This document shows positions 47,363 through 56,820 of a stretch of 56,820 nt of DNA, in pieces. The notes under the pieces are model-generated. The model was not told the DNA's origin and ran no database searches. It saw only the letters and a list, made by a program, of their open reading frames with translations. The stretch's first letter is position 1. Each line of letters opens with the position of its first letter. The stretch is from Stylophora pistillata (Eukaryota): positions 173,775-230,594 of the forward strand of contig NW_019217881.1 of the NCBI RefSeq assembly GCF_002571385.2, read 5' to 3'. The position numbers and the translations under genes are program-made.

Positions 47363-47902
47363 ATGAAGCAAATCGATAACGAACACTGTGATGCTGACAG
47401 TGGAATGGCGCCAACAGCCCCATGTTATCCAAGAGTCCCGAGGAAAAAAACTCAGGAGCAACAAGCTGTAGTAGACGAGATACTTCAAGTGGTTGCTGAT
47501 CAAGGAAGGCGTTTTTCGCTTTCGCGAACGGACTATAGCGTTCAAAAGAGAATTGAATGTGGCTTACGGAGGCAAAAAAGACTGACAAGCGACGCGTCTA
47601 GGTTTGATGATTCCAGTTCATGTGCAAGCGGCTCCGACCTTTCTACATCACCTCCGCCGACACGACATAGCAGTATAAGTATCAATTCAAGCTTTTCAGA
47701 TGATGGCAAGATGTTCGAATATAGCAGCCGACCACGAACTCTCCCACCGCTCAACCGAAATAGAAGCCACCGGCCGGCTCGGCCGACGCCTCCTAAACAG
47801 GACTTTGACGAGGAGCGTGAGATTAGCTGCTCTGGCACTTTGTCGAGACCATTGTCCGCGCGAGGACAACGATCACGCCCACAGAGAGGGTTCACGTTAT
47901 AG
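47363..47902 (+). CDS. Orphan protein with a single coding exon, about 179 aa, Ser/Arg/Pro-rich
   Basis: GC-richer ORF; acceptor-like ttgtgcttggcag just upstream (5'-UTR intron likely); VVDEILQVV helix, RRFS, LPPL, RPLSAR. Confidence 0.75.
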   Translation: MKQIDNEHCDADSGMAPTAPCYPRVPRKKTQEQQAVVDEILQVVADQGRRFSLSRTDYSVQKRIECGLRRQKRLTSDASRFDDSSSCASGSDLSTSPPPTRHSSISINSSFSDDGKMFEYSSRPRTLPPLNRNRSHRPARPTPPKQDFDEEREISCSGTLSRPLSARGQRSRPQRGFTL

Positions 47903-50900
47903 TTCACTCCAGAGAACGGAAAACATTGAGTGAGATCGTCATATTGCTTCAAAGAGAACGTGAAATCCTATTTATAGAGGGAGCGTTTTGGCTTGAAGTT
48001 TTTGTAGCGTAGAGCTCTAAATAAGGAAACAATGCATGCGCACAGTGCGCAAAGAAGGCCACCATTTGGATCGGAACATATATATATATAAACACTGATT
48101 TCAACTGCTAGAGTTGAGAGCAGATGGAAGGCATATGACAAGTGCCGGAGGCCAGGCGAAAAGAAATTAACGAAGCTGTTGCTCGTTTAAGGTAAAAAGG
48201 GCTCTAAAGACAAAGATCAAACATACTTGAAGTCTGATTCGGTAGCAATATAGCTGGAGGTAACTTCAATGATTCCATACTCTATGTGCAGCACTTTCTT
48301 TTCAGAAATCGATGCAAACTTTTCCCGAATACAGGAAGGATGATTAGCCACAACAAAACATTTTCAAGTGATATCAGCCACAGATAAACAATTCCATTTT
48401 TCCAGAACTACCCATGATAAAGCAAGTGGGTTGTCTCTTTGCAAAATTCATCAAGAAAACTGTCAGAAAAGGAAAAGAGTAAGATGAGAACTGGACATTT
48501 TTGGTCGACAAAAATGTCACTAAGCAGTGGTAGCTTACTTAAAGCACGGCGTGTAGCAGCTTTATTTAAAGTCAAAACAAAGGATGGCCTGTAATGAATC
48601 GTATCGTAGAATATTCACTTGTTTTACTCTTTGAAACCTAGAAATCCAAATCAGTTGTTAAAAGCAGCACGTAGCGACTCATTCCTTTTTTCTTAGTTTT
48701 TGAAAAGCGATATTTGTTCAATAAAAATAAAAATATAAAATGCTAATTTACTCGAAAATTTGATCGATAATTCTACAATGTAAATAGGTAATCGTCTTTC
48801 AGGTGAAGATCAACCGGAAAGGAAGATTCAGAAACAGATTTGTAAAAAGGCAAAATATAGGGTCTGGTGAGAGTAAATACAACGTAATAATAAAAGATGC
48901 AGTTCAGAATTACACTGGCGGTGTTGGCTGAATTACAAACTGATGCGATTTGAATATGCTAAATATTTGTCTAGCGAATTGTGTTTACTTACTCTTGTGA
49001 ACTGTGACGGTAATGCACAAAAGAAAAAAAAAAGGAATACAAAAACGAGTGATAAAAGTTATTTTCACATTTTAAAGGTTTGGAACAAAAACATCGATGT
49101 TCGAGAATAATTAACACACATAAATCAAAAATCATAAATAAGTGACAAAAGTCGCAACGGGGCGAACAAAAAAATTATCTCACATCCTGCAGACAGGTTT
49201 TCGATTGAAAAATGTATTACATCAGGCGTAAGAATTTCGAGCGTCAACCGAGTAAGAGGGCTTCTTGCGAGGCATGATGTTGTTTTGGGAATAAAATTTA
49301 AAAAAAAAAGTTAAGATTAAAGCGAGCATGTTCTTCTAAGCGCTTGGTCAAAAGTATTGGCTCTCGGTGTAAAAATAACATATGCCTTCCTTTGCCGACG
49401 TTAATATTATCTGTTCTCAAAATTTACAGAAAGGACACTATTTAAAGTAACTAATTTGAATTAAATTCTTGCTAAATCCCATCAAATATTACTGCAAATT
49501 TTACGAGGATTTTCTTTCATTATCCTTCATGTCCGAAAAAAGTATCAAGGTAACAATATGTGTTAAGCTAAAAAGATTGTTGCCGTCGATTAACATGCAA
49601 ATAAATTCACGCATGTAATTTAGCTTCCAAAGCCAAATTCAACGCAACAAAATTGGACGAAATTATTATCAACCGGACAAAAACTGTATTTTCGTATGGC
49701 AGAGGAACCACAGCAATATTTGAGGGATTCATTGTCCTTTTTTCATCTTTCTCAAGAGATTCATGTACAAATATTCTTATCACGCTGACTTATACGTCGC
49801 AGGGCATAGGTTTCCAGAAAAGAGATGCACTGATATCTAGAGGTTGGCAGTATTTCAAAATGCCAGTCATTTAGCTTCCACTAGAATTTGCTTGAAACTC
49901 GTCAGTGTTGGATATCCAGGGACAACTGCTTCAAAATTGTGTCGAAACTATGGCGTCAAATGTGAACAGTAACACGTAAACAATATAAGGAAAGATTCAA
50001 TATCGTGATTAGCTAACAATATGAACAACTTCTTTCCTTGTTGTGTAATAGCTGTTGGCGAAAAAGGTAAGAAAAGATTGTTAACAAATACAAAAGTACA
50101 TTTCAATTCGAGGAGACAATGGAAAGTTTCACTGACAGGAAAATTAATTGATAACCGGTGCCGGACAGGCATTACTTAAATTATGCAAGATGTCCTAATA
50201 TAACTGGAAGAAAAAGACTGAAAGAACCAGTAAGCGGAATCCTGGTTTTGATCAAGAAAATAGAGTGTTATTGTCCTATTCACTTTCAATTCAGCAAGTT
50301 GTGGCAAAATTATAAGACGCTTACGTGCGATCAATTCGCGTGATGTACAACAAAAGCATCGAATAAATAGTCTCTATTAGTTTGCAATATTCAAGAACAT
50401 GACGCACATATGCACTTCAAAATGACACAATGACCTGTGTTTCTATTTTTATCGAGATAAAGCCGCCAGAAATTTCTGGGTGAGGCATCTAAGAGTCACT
50501 AAATTGAGTGAAAACAACATTGGCACGAATCTCTCATAGCGTTTCTCAAATGCACCTTGGATGTCCTCTATACATATCACAGCATCGCTTTTACAATTCG
50601 ATCATTCATATTACCGGACTGTCGACAGTCTTAGCTCATTGCAAGAGCAGCCAAACAAAAAAGATAGAAACTCATGTCAATGTGTATCAATCTTCTCCTC
50701 ATTCCCCAGATTAAATAAATTCAAAGAGTTTGTGGCAGCACAGTTTATAGCAATCGCGTTTCTTTGACCTAGACTTAAACACACTCCTGGGTTTGATTAG
50801 TCTTACTTTCAGTCCAAAATTTTCATAATAAAAACTGACATTAGCGGCTTTGGAAGTCAAAAAGCGGCACATTTCATACGAACTAGTTTGGCGCTAGCAG

Positions 50901-52132
50901 CGACGTTGTCTCCTTTCTGAGCCAAAGAGTAAGTAATTATACAGTGATGTAATTAAAGTTAGCGCAGAAATTTTCGGTGTCGGGGAAGTATCAGTTTAAC
51001 CGCATGACTAATAGGATTGATAAATGCTTTCGAATTTTTTTTGTTTTTTTTTTTCTTCTTTTCTGATAATCTACTCGGCCGTTTTAGTAATGTACCAGTG
51101 ATGAAACAAGTTCTGCTCATGCCTTTATAATTGGTCAAATCAACAACTTACCAGTTCTTTCAATGGCGCAATCTACTGAATATATTAATTTGCTAAATGA
51201 GTAAAATTAGCAGAGTAAATAATTCTTAGGATTGCCGATGTTACTGTCAAACGATATAACAGCAGAGCGAGAATGAAAATTACACAGGAAAGGATGACAA
51301 ACAAACTTTGTAATACAAAGAACTCGATAAGTTTAATAATCTTATCTTAATCTCTTTGTGGTTTTCTAGAAAATGCGGGACTGTAAGCTACAAACACGCG
51401 CTCCGCAGGGCTGTTTCTTTCATATTCTGTGACCCGTTCTAACCTCACGGGTTCCACTAATGTGAGCATTGACTTATACTGATGTAAACATCAACTGTTA
51501 CGTACTGTAACGTCATAGGGTGGGTTTTTTTCCCTACGAGTGTCTGTGGTTATGCGTGTCAGGTTTGACTAATTCGATGCTTATATGGAATCTAGGATGT
51601 GTTTCACGGAACTCCTTCCTTGCATGCAACTGGTCTTGCCTGCTCACAAGCAGCCATCTTTGCTGAAGAACATAACATTTCAGATATCTCATCCCGATTA
51701 GACAAACATAAATTTAAATTCCGTGAGTAAACGATAGTTGAAGTTCAAAAAGGCTTTCATCGAGATCGTACAGGGTAGTCTGGGTTAGACGTAATGTACT
51801 TCGTTAAAATGACAGTGAGCATGGCGGCTTTGAGATAAAAACACCCGAAAACACGAGGAGCTAATTGTGTCCTTGGCTACTTTGATGACAAATAGGGTAG
51901 AGTGTTTTTTTTTTCTCTTACAGATGTGTAAGTTATAAGTATTAATATCAACTCTTACAAATATCGTCCACTTACACGCTGGTTATCAGTATAAAAATCC
52001 AAATACCTGTCGAAATATCCTCGGGATTGCATTTCTGTAAAAAAAAAAAAAAAAAAAAAAAATCAGCTTTAAAAAAGTTCTGATAGATCTTGAATAATTG
52101 AAAAAAAACTCAATGTTGTTTTGCAAAGTTAC

Positions 52133-52466
52133 CTCAAAACACCATCTTCCTAACAGATGATAATTAGCAGGATCATTCCTGTTGAGTCTAATAGCTTCTT
52201 GAATATGTTCCTTAAAAAATAATACAGTACCACTGATGTAAATTTCATTCAAAACTTGCCATATGAGACAAGAAGAAAAGTTTTTGCAAACCATTTAACC
52301 ATTAATTAGAGGTTACATAGTGTGAGTAAATTCAGAACTGTGCAAAATTCAACTTCTTTATTAAACTAATTTAATTTTTTTTTTCTCTACCTTGTATTTG
52401 AACCCCAGCAAAATCTGATTTTGTAAAGTTTCATATTCTGTTGTGCTTCCAAGAATTATTGCATAC
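52133..52466 (-). pseudogene. RMDN: Two-exon fragment of a regulator of microtubule dynamics (RMDN/FAM82, TPR-like) gene; exons 52391-52466 and 52133-52210
   Basis: YAIILGSTTEYETLQNQILLGFKYK|[26 protein letters not shown] matches the RMD1-family core (WYAI...KEH..KAI.LNP.D....HL.G.WC). Intact AG/GT sites; flanking exons not found intact. Confidence 0.75.
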
Positions 52467-52538
52467 CTACATAAAAAAAAAAAATATGGTACTGGGTTTG
52501 GTAAATATGTGCAACTCATGAGATGTTTATTTGTGCAC

Positions 52539-52672
52539 GATCCTCGCAGTAAAGAGCACTGTTTAAGCAATAGTAAAAATCAGAGCTGAAAAAATTCAGC
52601 CCTGTACGGGATTCGAACCACTGACCTCTGCGATACTAGTGCAGCACTCTACCAATTGAGCTAACAAGCCAA
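52539..52672 (-). mobile_element. tRNA-derived SINE
   Basis: Minus strand GGCTTGTTAGCTCAATTGGTAGAG (A box)...GGTTCGAATCCC (B box), imperfect acceptor stem, then the tail shared with 17482 and 42558. Confidence 0.75.
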
Positions 52673-53470
52673 CTTAGGGCTGCAAATAACGGCNGGACGA
52701 GTTGTACAAATTTGTTCAGGTGGTTTAGATGAAGCCAGCCACTCCTTTGTAATTGGCCCGCATTGTGACCTTAAACTATTTAATCTACTAAACACAAGAT
52801 TAAGACGGTAAAACAATATATCAGATTTAAACAAAAAAATATATATATGTATAGGAAAGAAAAATGATGTGTGGTGAATTCGCTTTCCTGAAAGTTTATA
52901 ACTTCTTTTAGAAATCATAACCGACATTTTACGGGATTGAAAATAAATACGCATTTTACAAATTATGTACAAAGATCATACTGTTCCTTTATAAGTTAAA
53001 ACAGTCTAAGTTAAAACAGTCTAAGCCAAGGTGTTATTCAAGTAAGCCTTGTCACTGGAGAAGACTAGTGTCATTTAATGCCAAGCACCATGAATTATCT
53101 CATAGTATCTGTGTTACAATACTGCTAAGTAGAGTTTTTCATGGAGGAAAAGGTGTCCACACGTTAGAATTTCCTAGGGAAAAAAAATGAGAGATAACAT
53201 TAATACAAATATTTTACACAGAACTACTGGGTATCATTCCGTTGAACCCAAAGAAACAAACAACAACAAAAATAGCTCAGAAGCTCAGGTGGGTATTGAA
53301 ATACTTTTTAAAAAATCGTGAAACTTCGCAGACCTTATTTATAGGTGGTGAAAATGATGTTACGATCAGTTTAAATCGACAGGGAGATATTGTTAAAACT
53401 GGGAATAGAGGCGTTCGATTTTTTTTTCTGGCGTCACCTGCTTTACGGCTTGTGTTTTACTTAATCCGTT

Positions 53471-54517
53471 TTAACTGCTGGAAGGAGCCGGTCCCTCGCG
53501 TCCAATGGGAGGAACATGTACCATGGTGTAGGGCGCTGTGGAGGACGCCGCCGAGCTACTTCTGTAAAGCGGTAACTCAGATGGGTGCACTTGTTCCAGC
53601 TCTAATGGCCCCTCAAACGCTAACTGAGCGTCCAGTCTGTTAAAATTGATATAAGTCCTTCGTCTTGAACCTTTACGAACATTTTTAGCGTAAGACAGAG
53701 GGTTTGCAAGCGAGGACGGGTCACAACTGATCCGTTCACATTCACCGGCCGATGATATTCTGGCGGAAATGACCTCTGCTGGCCGCACACGTTGAAAAGT
53801 TTGGCTCGATCGAGGTCGGAAAGCTTGAGGGTGATTATCGATTCCGGAAAAGTTCTCCAAAGGACTGTTGTAGTGATACTGAGTCTCTTTGGTGGCGAAA
53901 ACCGAATGATCTCGAAACGGGAGGAACAGTTTTCTGGGGGGGCACTGCTGGGGCCAAGAAGCGTTCACGTTACCTCCAAAACTAGCTCCCTCTTCACTGA
54001 TAGGAGGGGAATTTAAATCTGTCCTTTCCCTGGAGCTGCAAGGCTCTTTTATATCATCTTTTGATGAAACGTCCTTACCCGAATACATAGAATCTACAGA
54101 ATATTGTCGTCGTAAGCTCGACACCGATCTTCTCCGAACACTTGTACTTCGTGAGCGAGGGCGACCCGACGGTGGCCGGGGCACAATGACGGCCTCTGGA
54201 AGATTACTCGCGTTATCAACGTCCGAGTCTAGTGAGGATAGTTCTCTAGACATGGGTCGATAGCTGGCTCTTTCAAGCTTTGGATTTTCGTCTGAAACTG
54301 TTAGTTTGCTTTCCTCCCCTGATCCCTTGACAACAAGCGCTGAATCTATTAAGTCTAAGATTTCATCGTCTACGATTTTCAAATCCACTTGCGAAGTTTG
54401 AAGAACCTCTTGATCTTTAACAAAACGCAAAACCATTTCTTGCTTTGCTTGAGTAATGTTTTCTGAGAAGTCATCAAGCCTTGGACTCACCGGTCTGCTC
54501 TCCTCCAGTGTAGTCAT
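53471..54517 (-). CDS. Orphan protein with a single coding exon, about 348 aa, Ser/Arg/Pro-rich
   Basis: >1-kb ORF with ACCATGA start context; IVDDEILDLI helix, PRPPSGRPRSRS, RRRS, RRQYS, VPPI; no recognisable domain. Confidence 0.8.
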   Translation of the reverse strand: MTTLEESRPVSPRLDDFSENITQAKQEMVLRFVKDQEVLQTSQVDLKIVDDEILDLIDSALVVKGSGEESKLTVSDENPKLERASYRPMSRELSSLDSDVDNASNLPEAVIVPRPPSGRPRSRSTSVRRRSVSSLRRQYSVDSMYSGKDVSSKDDIKEPCSSRERTDLNSPPISEEGASFGGNVNASWPQQCPPRKLFLPFRDHSVFATKETQYHYNSPLENFSGIDNHPQAFRPRSSQTFQRVRPAEVISARISSAGECERISCDPSSLANPLSYAKNVRKGSRRRTYINFNRLDAQLAFEGPLELEQVHPSELPLYRSSSAASSTAPYTMVHVPPIGREGPAPSSS

Positions 54518-56487
54518 GGTGAAATCTATTATGCTCAAAATTTCAAAAGAAATCCGTGATTTCGTCAATTCACGAAGACAAACAACTTTGGTTGGATATT
54601 TAGAGATCGATGAGCGCCCTTGCTAAGGAATTCAGATGTAATCATGAACTTGCATCAGAACTCGAAGTTGTCGTTAAATGTTGTTTAATCGTTCAGTTAA
54701 CTCGACGAAGTTTCGCATCGCTTCCCGGCTTCGTGTTTTGTTGTCTAGTGCATGCAAGGATCCTTTTAATTCTTCGAACCGTTAATTACCAAACCAAACC
54801 ACAGTGACAGGATCACAAACACAACAGCTCCACGAGCGGAACACCCTTTTTGGTAACCTTAACAAGAATCTACTCCACCAAATTTGCTAAAAGGTTAGCG
54901 CCATCATTTAGTAATTTTCCATGTCTTTGAATGTTATCTGCCTTTGTGTCCGTAGCTAACAAATACGGCTCTTAGAAAAGCTACGATTGGTCAGAAACAA
55001 TAAACAAATGAATCATAAATATTCATTTCTACTTTGGATAAGATCAATTCTGAATGCAAACTAATTAACTACTGTGTGTTTACTTTGACGAAAAGAAAAC
55101 TTCGTACAAATTTTTCTTTGTTTTGTAGAAACTGATAAAGCAACTAAGACGCAAGGTTTTCAAACTTTTCCACAGATCTATTTTCAGCTGGAATTAACCT
55201 GTTTATGAGTTTCCAAGCGGGGAGGGAAGAAAGCAAGTAATTAAATATTTTAATTCAACCTAAAGCAATGTATACATTTTAAGAACAGTCTTTGTTTCGC
55301 TGTTTACACATAAAAATAGTTCAATAATGGCTGAAAGGCGAGTTCGCACATTAGTCGTCTTTTAACAAACCGCAAATTGCTTCAATCGCACACAATGTTT
55401 TCTTCGCGTGGTCGTTCACATGAAGATCTATAAGTATAGTTTGAAAGTTGGGAATCAATTTACGCTCTGTACTTTAAGTCTGTGTTAAGTGAATCTAAAT
55501 TAGCTTTGCAGATCCCTAGCGGATTTTCAAACGCTCAATTATGCATTTTGGCACCCCCTGTAAGGGAGGCTATCGCTTTGCGTCAGAGCACATTGTTCGC
55601 TTAATCCCGTTGTATGGAAGTAGACAACAGTAATCAATCCTTAAGACTCGACGTCCAAAACCACGTAATTTCTCTCATAATTCGCTGCGGAAGCGAGAGA
55701 GCAATTATTAAAGAGGCACTTCGAAAATGGGCCGAGAAACATCTTCCGCAATTATGTAAGAGGAACTTTCAGTTCCTGTAGATTCCTTTTAACCATTAAA
55801 GAGAAACTACCAGAGAGTCTGAAAGGAAAAACCTTTGGATAATTGAGGTCCTTCAAGAGATTAACGATTGAGAGCTTTTAAGAGTTATTAATTGAAAAGC
55901 ACCTGACAACACGGAATAGAAGCACTATGTATGTCCACAGCATCCGATCGTTTCCCAAAACGAAATTTCACGGCGGTATCAAAAGATGTGTAACATACAA
56001 ACGAACTTGAACTCGACAGGATACCAAATAAGACCAAATGTATTTCACTAATCGTTTCTAATCGAGCCACCCAGTTCAAAATTTAATGATATTATAATGC
56101 AACGTAACACATCAATGCATTATCTTTTAAAAATTTCTCCAACGAAGTGGATTCGTTTTCTCGGATGGTCACAGTTGTAAGTCCACCCTGTTTCACTTTT
56201 AAACATTCACAACTTATCCTATCAATCACGAAGCTCATTCTTTTCAGTGATTAGTGCTGAGTAGAGAAAATATAACAGAAAAAAGAAGAATATGCTGATA
56301 CAAGTTATGTAATCTAGAGTAGGAGCGTTGAGGTTATTTTGACCTTTCCACCACAACGAGGTATGAAGTAATGACAAATAAATAGTCTAAACACTGGCTT
56401 CAAACAGCTTTGAGGAGAGCTGCTGGATTACGAGAAAGCTCTCTTGTTACACTACCTGAAGATGGCAAAGAAAAAAGAAAGAAAACT

Positions 56488-56517
56488 ACAACAACAACAA
56501 CAACAACAACCAACAAA
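56488..56517. repeat. (CAA)n microsatellite
   Basis: Direct. Confidence 0.9.
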
Positions 56518-56820
56518 ATACCAAAAAGCAGTATAACAAACCCACAACAAGAAAAAGGAAGCTACAAGAGACGATGTCATTGAAAACTGGATGTTGATTC
56601 TTGCACTTTCTTTCTGCTGTCATGTTTCATCTTCAGTTCCCTATTAGAGGAGTCAGGAAATAGAAACATCCGTTTTGCCTTTGGGAAGAAGCGACAAAAC
56701 TTTTTACTTAAGCGCATGCCGTCCTAATTTAGACGAGGGAGAGAAGTTCTCAATTGTATTTCTGTCTACAAATTGGTAAATCTCCGTTGATTTTTAGCTG
56801 CTGGTCGTCTCAGCCTGCTA

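Noticed and set aside
52598-52670. Functional tRNA gene
   Set aside because: Acceptor and T stems mismatched, and contiguous with a repeat tail seen elsewhere in the window; called as SINE

Overview
Eukaryotic, intron-containing, AT-rich genomic DNA with two N gaps. The gene architectures and repeat types suggest a scleractinian coral or other anthozoan (inference, not proven). Left part: an intact 11-exon minus-strand gene (8022-16803, about 621 aa by my exon reconstruction). It encodes signal peptide + PAN/Apple + EGF + a long Gly-rich module whose motif order resembles a bacterial secreted Gly-rich domain. Downstream lies a tandem pseudogenised paralog (417-~4535) in which one exon has given rise to a 52-bp minisatellite. 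Middle: two tandem two-exon BK-channel beta-subunit-like (KCNMB/CaKB) genes, and a ~2.8-kb Crypton-type tyrosine-recombinase element with hairpin-forming inverted termini plus non-autonomous relatives. Right: widely spaced genes with a single coding exon for disordered Ser/Arg/Pro-rich orphan proteins (four in the window) and a two-exon RMDN fragment. Scattered mobile DNA includes a solo LTR, LINE fragments (one 5'-inverted), Penelope-type foldbacks (one with paired hammerhead ribozymes), MULE-, hAT-, Harbinger- and piggyBac-type MITEs, and a tRNA-derived SINE family. All coordinates and alignments were read by eye; no database search was run.
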